Position numbers and translations under genes: made by a program | The notes under the pieces: generated by a model | The model's database searches: none | What the model was told of the DNA's origin: nothing | What the model saw: the letters and a program-made list of their open reading frames with translations, nothing else | From: Isurus oxyrinchus | Lineage: Eukaryota | NCBI GenBank assembly: GCA_026770705.1 | Contig: JANJGN010000021.1 | Coordinates: forward strand, 42,966,001 to 43,030,000 | Direction of reading: 5' to 3' | DNA: 64,000 bases | Part shown: positions 11,471 to 23,900 of the stretch, in pieces | Layout of the letters: each line of letters opens with the position of its first letter | Numbering within the stretch: position 1 is the stretch's first letter

Positions 11471-14400
11471 AGAGGCGATGATGCAGTGGTATTGTCACTG
11501 GACCAATAATATAGAGGCCCAGAGTAATGCTCTGGGGACCCAGGTTCGAATCCCGCGGCAGATGGTGGAATTTAAATTCAATAAAAATCTGGAATTAAAA
11601 GTCTAATGATGACCATGAAATAATTGTTGACTGTTGTGAAAGCCAATCTGGTTCACTGATGTCCTTTAGGTAATGAAACCTGACATCCTTAGCTGGTCTG
11701 GACTATATGTGACCCCAGACCTACAGCAATGTGTTTGACTCTTAATTGCTCTTTGAACAAACTGCTACAAAGTCACAGAAAAGGAATGAAACCAGACAGA
11801 CCACCCAGCATCGACCTAGGTACCAGAAGTGGCAATTGCAGCCCTGTCAACCCTGCAAAGTCCTCCTTACTAACATTTGGGGGCAAGTGCCAAAATTGGG
11901 AGAACTGTCTCATATCCTAGTCAAGCAACAGCCAGACATAGTCATCCTCACGGAATCATATCTTACAGTTAATGTCCCAGACACCACCATCACCATCCAT
12001 GGGTATGTCCTGTCCCATCTGCAGGACAGACCCAGCAGAGGTGGTGGCACGGTGGTGTACAGTCGAGAGGGAGTTGCACTGGGAGTCCTCAACATCAATT
12101 CTGGACCCCGTGAAGTCTCATGGCATCAGGTCAAACAGAGGCAAGGAAACCTCTTGCCGATTACCATGTACCACCCTCCCTCTGCTGATGAATCAGTGCA
12201 CCTCCATGTTGAACATTACTTGGAGAGAGCACTGAGGGTGGCAAGGATGCAGAATGTACTCAGGGTGGGGGACTTCAATGTCCATCACCAAGAGTGCCTC
12301 GGTGGCACCACAACTGGCCAAGCTGGCCAAGTCCTAAAGGACATAGCTGCTAGACTGGGTCTGCAGCAGGTGGTGAGGGAACAAGAGGGAAAAACATACT
12401 TGACCTCATCCTCACCAATCTGCCTGCCACAGATGCATCTGTCCATGACAGTATTGGTAGGAGTGACCATCGCACAGTCATTGAGAAGATGAAGTCCCAC
12501 CTTTACATTGAAGACATCGTCCATCATGTTGTGTGGCACTACCACCATGCTAAAGGGGCTAGATTTTGAACAGATCTGGCAACACAAGACTGGGCATCCA
12601 TGAGGCTCTGTGAGCCATCAGCAGCAGCAGAATTGTACTCGAACACAGCCTGTAAGCTCATGGCCCAGCATATCCCCCACTCTATCACCATCAAGCCAGT
12701 GGATCAACCCTGGATCAATGAAGCATGCAGGAGGGCATGCCAGGAGCAGCACCAGGCATACCTAAAAATGAGGTGTGAACCTAGTGAAGCTATAACACAG
12801 GACTACTATCATGCCAAACAACAGAAGCAGCAAGTGATAGACAGAGCTAAGTGATCCCACAGCCAACGGATCAGTTCTAAGCTCTGCAGTCCCTGCCACA
12901 TCCAGTCGTGAATGGTGGTGGACAATTAAACAACTCACTGGAGGAGGTGCCTCCACAAATATCCCCATCTGCAATGATGGAGGAGCCCAGCACAGCAGTG
13001 CAAAAGATAAGGCTGAAGCATTCACAACAATCTTCAGCCAGAAGTGCCAAGTGGATGATCCATTTCGGCCTCCTCCGGAGGTCCCCAGCATGACAGATGG
13101 CAGCCTTCAGCCAATTCGATTCACTTCACTTGAAATCAAAAAACAGCTGAAGGCACTGAATACTGCAAAGACTATGGGCCCTGACAATATTCCAGCAATG
13201 TACTGAAGACTTGTGTTCCAGAACTTGCTGCGCCCCTAGCCAAGCTGTTCCAGTACAGCTACAATACTGGCATCTACCAGGTTATGTGGAAAATTGTCCA
13301 GGTATGTCCTGTACACAAAAAGCAGGACAAATCCAAATCACCAATTACCGCCCCATCAGTTTACTCTGAATCATCAGTAAAGCAATGGAAGGGGTCTTCA
13401 ACAGTGCTATCATGCAGCACTTGCTTTGCAATAACCTTCTCACTGATGCCCAGTTGGGTTCCGCCAGAGCCACTCAGCTTCTTACCTCATTACAGCCTTG
13501 GTTCAAACATGGACAAAAGAGCTGAACTCCTGAGGTGAGGCAAGAGTGACTGCCCTTGACATCAAGGCTGCATTTGACCAAGTGTGGCATCAAGGAGCCC
13601 TAGCAAAACTGGAGTCAATGGGAATTGGGGGAAAACTCCCCGCTGGTTGGAGTCATTTCTAGCACAAAGGAAGATGGTTGTAGTTGTTGCAGGTCAGTCA
13701 TATCAGCTCCAGGGCATCATTGCCGGAGTTCCTCAGGGTAGTGTCCTGGGTCCAACCATCTTCAGCTACTTTATCAATGACCTTCCTTCCATCGTAAGGT
13801 CAGAAGTGGGGATGTTCGCCGATGATTGCACAATGTTCAGCACCATTTGCAACTCCTCAAATACTGAAGCAGTCCATGTCCAAATGCAACAAGACCTGGA
13901 CAATATCCAGGCTTGGACTGACAAGTGGCAAGTAACATTCACACCACACAAGTGTCAGGCAATGACCATCTCCAACAAGCAAGAATCCAACCATCACTCC
14001 TTGATATTCAATGGCATTACCATAACTGAATCCCCCACTATCAACATCCTGGGTGTTACCATTGACCAGAAACTGAACTATATGGACTAGCCATATAAAT
14101 ACTGTGGCTACAAGAGCAGGTCAGAGGCTAGGAATTGTGCGATGAGTAACTCAACTCCTGACTCCCCAAAGCCTGTCCACCATCTACAAGGCACAAGTCA
14201 GGAGTGTGATGGAATACTCCCCACTTGTCTGGTTGAGTGCAGCTCCCACAACACTAAAAAAGCTGGGCACTGTCCAGAACAAAGCAGTCCACTTGATTGG
14301 CACCACATCCACAAACATTCAGTCCCCCCACCTCCGACTCACAGTAGCAACAGTATGTACCATCCACAAGGTGCACTGCAGTAATTCACCATTGTTCCTT

Positions 14401-14733
14401 AGACAGCACCTTCCAAACCCACGACCACTGGCACCTAGAAGGACAAGGGAAGGCAGCAGATAGATGGGAACATCACCATCTGGAGGTTCCACTCCAAGTC
14501 ACTCACCTTCCTGACTTGGAAATATATCACTGTTCCTTCACTGTTGCTGGGTAAAAATTGTGGAACTCGCTCCTTAACAGCACTGTGGGTGTACCAACAC
14601 CTCATGGCCTGCAGCGGTTCAAGAAGGGAGCTCACCACCACCTTCTCAAGGGCAACCAGGCATGGGCAATAAATGCTGGTCCAGCCAGCGAATCCCACAT
14701 CCCATGAATGAATTAAAAAAAAACAAAAACAAA
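11471..14733 (+). mobile_element. Near full-length CR1/L2-group LINE (APE + RT, no ORF1) with a tRNA-like 5' head, degenerate
   Basis: APE motifs NIWG, PDIVILTES, GGGTVVY, GDFNVHH, SDH; RT motifs GVPQGSVLGP and FADD; 3' tail AATAAA...ATGAATGAATT followed by an A-rich run. Exact clade not determined. Confidence 0.9.
11479..11553 (+). promoter_or_regulatory. tRNA-type internal Pol III promoter (A and B boxes) at the LINE 5' end
   Basis: A-box-like TGATGCAGTGGT (11479-11490) and perfect B box GGTTCGAATCC (11543-11553). Confidence 0.75.
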
Positions 14734-14744
14734 GTGTTTCTTAC

Positions 14745-14846
14745 CAGTTTGTATTCTTTCCAGTCACGGTGGAAGTCTATGTTTCCATCTTCACGATGCT
14801 GGAAGATTGTCCATCCCCCTCCATTGATCTCCATATGACAGAACAC
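14745..14846 (-). CDS. ANGPT2: Angiopoietin (ANGPT2-like) coding exon 6, fibrinogen-like domain
   Basis: [34 protein letters not shown]. Acceptor ctgtag, donor gtaaga, 102 bp. Confidence 0.93.
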
Positions 14847-16000
14847 CTACAGAGAAGAAATGGGAGGTAGTAATTCAAATATTTTTTGCTGGCATTTTGA
14901 AAGGAGATTTTTAATTTTTTAATTGCTTTCTCAGCACATCCTTCACTCTGCTGGTCTCCAGAGTTGTATTAATGCAGATTGCTTTTCACTTTCAACACCT
15001 ATGTAATGCATTCCCATCAATTTTGACAAGACTTTTAGTCAATCATTGGTCAACTTCATTGTGTTCCTTGGGAAGAGTATCTGGTATCCGTTATTATGAA
15101 CTGAATTCTTCTCAAACAGTAAAATGCAAAGTGGAAATTATTGAGTAGTAAAGATGATTTACTTCAACTGGTATAATCAGCACTTCATCTCATTTCTATT
15201 CACTTTGATGTCAGAGTATCATGTAATAATTGCTCTGCATTAGTGATTTGCCTGAAGGTATATCCTCTGCTCATTTCTTCATGCCACGTTGTCTGTACTT
15301 TCCTCTTTAGATGCTCATAGGAGTCTCCCGTTTTTAATTTCAATTAGCAATGTGCAACATGACAGAGGGAAAAAATACATGAGGCAGTTTCCTGTTGCCT
15401 TCCTGATTTGTGCTTAAAGGAAACACAAGTCTTCTTTCTGAAGGATCCTCCACCTGTAACAAGCTTTGTCTTTTGTGTTTCTAGCTCTCCTGTCATCACC
15501 ACCGAATATTTGCTGGTTCTGCTATTGGCCATGGCTCACAATCCTGAGCAGGCCCTTACCTGGGTCTGGGGCAACTCACAAAAGGGCAAGGATGAATAAC
15601 CCCAAGGGCTCAAATGACACTGCTACCAAAATTATTGCCATAAGAGTGTCAAAAACAAATCTATTATCTGGCTAAAATAGTTAAAATTGTAAGTATTATA
15701 ATGACCAATGTTATGAATAACTCTGATATGTCACACTGCCTATGACATCTCACTAATATTGCCTCACTTTAACATTACTGTACAGGACCACCTTTTCAGT
15801 TGTCACAGAGGAAAGACAGCAACCAAATGTGCCGCAAAAGCAAGATGCTTTCACAATCTGTCAAAAAATCTGGGCCTGCAGCTCAATTATATTTTTAATC
15901 TCAGTTATGCTATTCAATATTCAGTTATACTTCCTCTTACTTCTGGCCTACTTTTCATTTGTTTGCTAACCTATTCAAAGAGATTTGAATTGATGACATG

Positions 16001-17276
16001 TGTTATGATCCTAGTCCAGACCCCCAAGTTTTTGGTAAGATCTGGTTGGGGACCAATAACATTTTGTTTAAGGCAGACAACGTTTGAGATCCAAGACACT
16101 TGCTAAGAGGACAAAGCCACGTGATTCCATGTGTTTTGAACAAACAAAAATAAACTTTACTATACAAGGTCAGAAAGGTAAAACAATATACAATATCCAT
16201 CATATAGTCTTACATTCAGGGTTAGTGTGAGGTATGTGTGAATTAACAGGCAAACTGTGATCGAACACACCACTCTGCACAATAAATAACAAATGCGACC
16301 AACACAGATCCCAAGGATTCCCAGCAACCTACCCAGACATCCATAAACACTGTGAGTCAACCAATCTCGTTGAAACGCTGTCTCCCTCTTGAGGGACTCC
16401 AAACTTTTCACTTTCAAAGATCAAGCCTCTGAAATCTTTTAAAGACACTCCAGCTTGGACTGCCTGAACAACTACACACCTCCCAGGGTTTCAATCTCAT
16501 CTCCTGAGACTCCATTTCCCTTGATTTCTGAGTCTGTACTCCAGCCCTTACTTACTGGCGCAATTTCAACTCTTTAATAGCTGGCTAGCTTCACTGGACT
16601 GGGGCTGCCACTGGGTTTCACAAAGTCCCAATCTCCACAGCTACACCCAGCTATAAATGGCTCCCAGGGTTTCTTCTTCCCAGCATGGAGCCAGTGACCT
16701 TCTGCCACCTTCTCAGCTCCCCAGGACCTCTCCTGAGCCCTGAGCTCTGCACTGAGCTATCAAATGGATCCTGGGACTTCTCATGAGTCCCAACTACACA
16801 TAGCTAGCTATCAGCAATACTTTTGCTGCCTGGAGCCTGCTAACAGCAGCACCTTTTCGGGATGGCCTTTTCCCCTGCTTCAGAACTTTCACTCCCCAGC
16901 AAACATACAGATAAATTGAAACCCTAGAACTATCTTATACTCTACCCATCTCCATGGTGATGTAACCTTCCAGGGTTCACTGAATGCGTTTAAATTAATT
17001 GTAGCTCTAACTCCCAAAATAAAACAACTCTCAGCTGCATTTCTTTAGAAGCAGTGTAGACACCTTTCTGCCAATGCTCCAGCTAAGTAAGCCCACCTGT
17101 TGTTTATGATCGTGGCTTTCAAGCTGTTAACCCCTTAAATCAACATGGTCCCAACCTTTTAAGCGCCAATAGTCTTCAAGCTGCTTTAGTTGCATTTATC
17201 CTTAACTTTAATCTTCCCAGAACTAAAAATTACCCCTAAAGCATTACAATGAACCATGAACTAGGTACTTATAATA
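16001..17276. mobile_element. Probable solo LTR
   Basis: Starts TGTTATG and ends TTATAATA (degenerate inverse), flanked by 4-bp TSD CATG (15997-16000, 17277-17280). No coding remnants seen. Confidence 0.65.
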
Positions 17277-17280
17277 CATG

Positions 17281-18005
17281 GGCCTGAGTCTTACTCTCAT
17301 CGGGTGCACACGATCGCGGGCCCCAAAGTGGACGCGAAATGTGCTTCTGGTCACGATCGGCCTCCAAATGCAATTTCACGCTGCCAGTGTGAAATGTACA
17401 CTGGAAAAGCCCCAGTGCCATCAGGGAAGGCAGAAAGAGGGCGGGTGCTAACAAAAATGAGGGTGTGGGTGGACACTTATAGCGAGTTCCCTGAAGGCAG
17501 ACAACTGCTGCGGAGCTGCAGACCTGTACATATTAAATGACAGGAAAAAAATACAGCAAGCACATTCAAGTACCTGACAACAGAACTCAATAAATATCAG
17601 TCCCCAGATATCATTTTTTAATTATATTTCTCCCCAGACATTTCATCCCGCCCTGGTCAAGGTTTCAGTGAAAGTGTGAAGGCTGTCAACTGTCCACTGC
17701 CACCTTTTGAAGGGCAACTAGGCATGCGCAATAAATACTGACCCAGCCAGCAAAGCCCACATCCCATGAATGAATAAGAAAAAAGTGAATGGGCCACATA
17801 AAATCGATTACAGTTGCCTCCTTAATGGGCTTAATTGCCCACTTGATTGTCGGCAGACCTGCCTTCAACTGCCGCATGTACCTGCCGAGCGAAATATTAT
17901 GTGAGTGCGTGATGACGTCGGGATGCACACCCAATGTCTTCTCGCCTGATTTCACGTGTTGTCTGGTCGGGCACATGCCCGCACAGCCAACATAAAATTC
18001 TGGCC
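17281..18005. mobile_element. Harbinger-type MITE
   Basis: Ends GGCCTGAGTCTT / AAAATTCTGGCC, TSD ATG; homologous to the 322-1009 family. Confidence 0.8.
17686..17785 (+). mobile_element. 5'-truncated 3' tail of the LINE family at 11471-14733, inserted in the MITE
   Basis: GCCACCTTTTGAAGGGCAACTAGGCATGCGCAATAAATACTG...CCCACATCCCATGAATGAATAAGAAAAAA matches 14632-14723. Confidence 0.85.
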
Positions 18006-18239
18006 ATGATCTTTGACTGAAAACTGTATAATTTGGACCAGAAGTTTCTCTTGTAATTCTGCTTGCAGGAGTTGATACGATATTTTCTGCTTCAATAAAC
18101 TGGTCAAGTAAAGAGTATAAGGTTGATTTATAGACATTAATGTTTTTCTTTTGTGTTCCCATCGTTAATTAATGAAACACATGGGAGATCTGTTATAAAC
18201 ATACATTGCCCTCCTGTATTCCCATCATGTTTGGATATC

Positions 18240-18535
18240 TAATGACACAATGGTTTACGTCCAGCCTTAGAGTCAGGGGCTCTGGGTTTGAGACCCACCC
18301 AAGGACTTGGTGACCAAGGAAGGTGTGTTCATAATACGACCAAATAGGTTGAATACCAATTGGCAAATTCTTCCAACACATGCCAATAGCAGGCAGTAGG
18401 AGCAGGAGAGATTTCTGGTCAGCCATATGATGGAAAGAACATTGGATTGTCTACCATTACTATCCATAGCTTCAGACTACAATATGCATTCATGTTGTTA
18501 CATCAACTTGGATTCCCTGAGTGAACTGTAATACA
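18240..18535 (+). mobile_element. tRNA-derived SINE-like repeat
   Basis: B-box-like GGGTTTGAGACC; body similar to 48445-48730 (AAGGAAGGTGTGTTCA, ACACATGCCAAT.GCAGGCAGTA, ATGGAAAGAACATTGGA). Confidence 0.65.
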
Positions 18536-18574
18536 TGCAATCCCCTCATTAGTCAGTGTTAGCTGTTGCTCATT

Positions 18575-18980
18575 CATACCTTTGGGGACTTGAACACAAA
18601 ATCCAGCCTGACACTTTAGTGCAGCATGGAGGGATTGTACCACTTTCAGAGGTGCTGCCTTTCAGAGGAGACATTAAACCACAATCTCTTCTGCCCTCCT
18701 AGATGGACAAAAAAGATCCAATGGCGCTATCTGATGAAGAGTGGGAATTCTCTCCCCTTTCCTAACCAATAATAATCCCTCACCCAAAATCACTAACACA
18801 AATATCTGGTCATGATCATCTTGCTGTTTGTCACACTTTAAGAATTGCTGTGTGCAAATTGCTTGCTTTTTTCTGGAAAATAGAACAGTGATGGCTCATG
18901 AAAAACATTTATTGACTGTAAAGCCATTTGATATATCTTGAAGTCATGAAAGATGCTATATAAATGCAAGTCTTTCTTTC
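18575..18980 (+). mobile_element. DeuSINE (SacSINE1/AmnSINE1-like)
   Basis: Deu-domain-like GAGGTGCTGCCTTTCAGAGGAGACATTAAACC...AAAAGATCCAATGGC and tail TGAAAGATGCTATATAAATGCAAGTCTTTCTTT; recognised from memory of the family consensus. Confidence 0.7.
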
Positions 18981-20740
18981 AATGAAAGAACCTGAGGTTA
19001 TAGAGCAGTGTTAATGCACTATGTTGCTGTTGTAAATAGAACAGAATATGTTTTAAACAGCATTACTGTTCCCTTGTGCTCCTATAATTAGTCAGGGGAG
19101 GATTGTGAGGTGTGTTGTAAACAGCCTTATTGCTCTCTCATGTCCTTATCATTAGCCAATGGAAGCGACAAAGTTATGGAAGAAACAGCATTAATGCTCA
19201 CTCATGAATCTGTTGTTAGACAGTGGAAAAGTTCAAAATGAATTAACGGAATTACTGCTCGCCTGTGTTGCCCCACCATTAGTCAGAGGAGAACTGTGGA
19301 GTGAGACAGTATAAATTGTTTTTACAGTTACTCAAGGAAAATCAGTGTTCAGGAAAGTTAATTTGTTTTTTCATCAATGGATGTTCTTGAGAGTGGTAAT
19401 CATTACTTATTGGTTAATGGACTCAGAACACTAAATTTTCTTTTCTATTGTGAATCACTTTAATCTTTTACCTAAGGTTACCTCATGGGAATGTTCACTT
19501 TATTACCTATAATTACTTAATAAGCTGTCAAGTTAGAAGCTGTGGGAGGCATTCTAGCACTAGTTATACTGTAGTTCACATGCAGTATGATACACCTTTT
19601 TATGACTACAATAATTGTGAAACCCAATTTAATTTTCTTCCACTGACTGAACTGAATATGCATTGTTACATAAATAATTTGTATGCTTGGCCTTCAGCTA
19701 AGCTTTGATTCAACTTTGCACATTTCACTACAGTTTAGTAGTAATCGTGATCTGCCTAAAGGCAGGTCCTCTGCACAATTCTCCATGCATCACAGTTTTG
19801 CACCTCCACTTCAGTTGCCCGTAGGAGCATTGCTTTTTCATTTCAAGTTGACTATCATCATTTATTCTTTTTCTCCCTCTTGGTCTGCATCCATCTAATC
19901 TTCCTTCAGTCACCTCTTTCCCACAACTTTTCTCAATGATGTTCAGTTTCTTCAACATCTTGAGAACTTCTTCATCGCTCTTGTATTCTCCCACAACTGA
20001 CCTGCTTCATTCTTCTCCAGAACCGCATTTCACAGCTTTCTTGTCTTTAGGTGTATAGTATCCTGGTTTGATCAGTAAACACCAAAATCCACTTGATGTG
20101 ACGCATAGGACAGGAGCGCATTGTACACCATACTGTGAGTCAAAACCATAGAAACTGAAGATCAAATCGATAAATGAAATGCATCACTGCTTCACTCCTT
20201 TGTGCTAATGTTCTGCTATTCCTCAAAATTAGTTCAAACAGGTGAAAAGTTACCTCAGTTACAACTTTAAACAATACAGACTAGAAGGTTGCTAGGTCAA
20301 GTATCAGTCAATGCTGACTTAGGTGATATCAGGTGGTCAAGGATAATATGAATCTTAAAACTCCTGAGCTTGAGTGGAAACATTTAGCAAAGGTTTTATG
20401 CTGCTAATCACTCTTCAGCATCTCCTGTTGGTTATTTTACTCAACATTGGACTTAGCTTGATGATGTTAAATTCAATGGCTTGGATTTAAATTACCAGCA
20501 AGTTTTAGACAGGAAACCGCACCAACATGTTAACTTTTAGGCTGGGATTAGGGGTGTGGGGAAGCAATGGAAAATTGTGTGACCTGGGTTCTGACCATTG
20601 ACACAAACAGTTTTTCACTCAGACTCAAAATAAAATTGCAGTTAGTTCCAATTACTTCATCAGGACCCAACATCCAAATGGAAGGAGGTACCTTCGCAGC
20701 TCTGAACGAGTCTCCTTGAGAAGTCCTGGCAGCTCCAAAG

Positions 20741-20975
20741 TGTCACCTAAAGGGTTAATAGAATGGTTATGCTAATCAGTAGGGCACATGATGATGTGGC
20801 ACTGACGTCAGGCAGTTGTGTGTGAGGTACTGCAGGGAGCAGACTGGCAGCCCTGGAGGGAGATGTGTCTTCCCTGTAGCTCACTATGTACATCCTGTAA
20901 ATAGGGTGAATAAATTAGTTTTTGAAAAGATACCCTCATGGGCCTGTGGCTCTTCCTTGCTAGAATCCTGGTAGC
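20741..20975 (+). repeat. 5' LTR of Gypsy element
   Basis: Colinear with 24760-25009; possible iMet primer-binding site TGGTAGCAGTG at about 20969. Confidence 0.8.
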
Positions 20976-23900
20976 AGTGCAGTGGCACCAATTTAGTCCA
21001 TTGTTGGTGTCATACGAGGAACACCTTTATGACTGTGATCTTGCTTTGGCAAGATGCCTTGTCAAGCATCCCTGTGACACACTTAGGGTAGTGATGGCAG
21101 CATCACGAGAATAGTCAATACTCCTACCCCAATTGTTTTCAAGGCTTGAGGACCTACACAAAGATTGCTACTGGAAAATGCACTGCAGGAAATTTCTACA
21201 ACGAATCCAGGTTGGTCCTTTCCCTTCCTTTGTGGGGCTGGATGCGAATTGGATCATCGATACCCATGTCTCCAGGGCCTCAGAAGACGCCTAGTACTCG
21301 CTCCTGAACACTCCAGGTCCAAATTCGGTAACCCCACCTGTGCCAAAGCCAGCCAAAAGAGTACAAAAGGCAGGAAATCGCTCCAGCGCCATTTTGAAAC
21401 ATCTGCACTGTGGCATGAGGTGACAGCACAAATGGCACTATTGCCCAGCAAGGGGCGCAGAGTCTTTCAGATGCGGCAGACCGGAATATATCCAGCACTT
21501 CTGCTTGGTTAGAATGTCCAACAAATGGAACAAATGACAACAACACTAGCAATTAGTACCTCGCTCACACTTTCAAGGCAAACCTCTCCAGCATTCCCAG
21601 AGCTCTGGTCTGATAAATTAGAAACCAGAGGATTCCCAACATGCTTCAAGTTTGACACAGGCCCAGAGATGGCTGATCACCTTGCATGGCTCTGCACAAT
21701 TTCTCTTCAGCCTTCCAATATGAAACTCCAGGGGCTGGGACAAACAAACTTACATGTTAAGGGTCAGATTACTGCCACATTCAACGGTAAGGGGTGACAA
21801 TATCTCAAAGACCCTTCATGCTACAACCAAAGCATTTGCCTACTTAGCAGGAACGTATGTGTAGCATTAGGCATCATACAGGAAGTCAATGAGATTCTTC
21901 CATTGGACACCAGGGTCATCTTCTGCCAGGAATCCTCATGACTTTTTCAAGGGCTGGAGAAGCTGAAGCATGAATATTATATTTCTCTGCTTCCAAACGC
22001 CATGCCAGTGAGTCTGTTCACCCACTGAAGGGTGCCGAACCCACTATTGCCAAAGGTTAAGGAGAAACCTGACAGCATGTTACATAAGGGTGTCCTTTCC
22101 CCAGTCGCACAACCAACCTGCTGGTCTCTGGCATGGTCATCATTCCCAAACCTAATGGCCGCCTCTGGCTTTGTGTGGATCATGTGCAGCTTAGTAAAGC
22201 AGTGCTACAGGAAGTCCACCTGATGGTGTCAGTAAACGACAGTTTGGCCAAGCTCGCCATTAGTGTCCTTTTTAGTAAGCTCAATGAAAACAGTGGGATT
22301 TGGCAAATATCCCTCACAATGAATCTGGGCTCCTGACAATCTTTATCACACCCTTTGGTCAATTTTGCTCTAACTGCCTCTATTTTGGCATTTCATCTTC
22401 TCCCAAGATATTCCAACGTACCATGTCAACAATTCTTGAGGGCAAACAAGGAGTTAACTGCCATATGGACGACATCCTCATACGTGGTTCTACAAGAGCC
22501 GAACAGGAGTATAGGGCAAGAGAGGTCCTCAAGGTTCTCTAGGAAGCAGGTCTCACGCTGAACGACAAGTGTGAGCTCACCAGGGTCAACATAAAATTCC
22601 TAGGAAACACCATCCAATGGCGTGGTATTCTGATTGATCCTCAGAAAACAAAGGCCATCACTGAGTTCCCCCAACTGATATGCATCACCGACATTCTCCA
22701 TTTTGTGGTGATGCTAAACCAGGTGGGAATGTTTATCCCTAACTTGGCCCGCTCATGGAACCCTTGAGAGATCTCCTGCAGAATGACTAACGTCGATTCT
22801 GGGGTGTGAGCCAAGGCCTTTCAATCCAATAAAGATTGTTTAGTTTCCTCGAATATCCTGGCACACTACGACCCTTAGTTGCCTACGGTCATCGCCACAG
22901 ATGCTTCCTCCCTGGTGGTGTTCTCCTGCAGCTGTAAAAGAACGGTGATGGGAAACCTGCCTATTTTCCACTATGAGCTCTCACAGAAACAGAACAAAGG
23001 TATGCCACTGTTGAGAAAGAAGCACTGGCGGTTACATGGGCTGTCGAGTACTTTTCCGATTATCTGATGGGGCTATCCTTCCAAGTGGAAACATACCACC
23101 AGCCCCTCATAACACTCCTCAAACCTGCAGAGATGATTAAGATGCCTATCCATATTCACCTCCAGTTGATGCAGTACCAATATACAGTTGTCAACACCCA
23201 GGCATGTCACAAACCACAGCTGATGCTCTCTTTAGGGCCATGGTCGACCACGCAGTCACCCTCAGTTCCACATTAGTGTCAGAAGGAGAAGCATTTCCTC
23301 TGCCGGTCTGAGTCTCCTGCCCATATCCGCCACGAAGCTCCAGGATGTTCAATGCACCCAAAAAAAGGCTGCCAACTGTGTTAAAGTGCAGGAGTTCTGT
23401 CTCCAAGTGTGGCCCAAATACAACTCAACTGATCATTTTCTTCAAAAATACTATGAGCAATGAGCCCATCTGACGTCCTCGTTTATGACCATTGTTTGGT
23501 CATTCGATGCCCCATGCGACAAGATTTCTTCACAGACTCCACGGAGGTCACCTCAGTATCACTAAATGAAGAGCGAGAGGCCTACAATCAGGGTGGTATA
23601 TGGGCATCACACAGTGGCCCAGGATTTTGTCCAATCTTGTCACACCTGCCGCATTCGCACTTAGCACCAATGGAACCCTTGTGGTGTCTGCCTTTCCTCA
23701 CCACCCATGGCAGAAGTTAGGCCTTGACCTTTTTGACTTCCATGGCATGACACACCTCATGGTTATTGGTTATTATTCTCTTTGGTTAGAGATAACAGCC
23801 ACATCAGAGTCTGTCATCAAAGTGCTACAGACTGTATTTTACCCCCATGAGCTCCCAGATGAAATATTTTCAGATAACGGGCCCCAATTCACCAATGACC

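Noticed and set aside
11471-11560. Functional tRNA gene
   Set aside because: A/B boxes are present, but I cannot form a cloverleaf, there is no downstream T-run terminator, and the sequence continues into a retroelement.
1-14744. Angiopoietin exon 7 (GFG.PSGEYWLGNE-like)
   Set aside because: Not found by eye on the minus strand; presumably left of the window.
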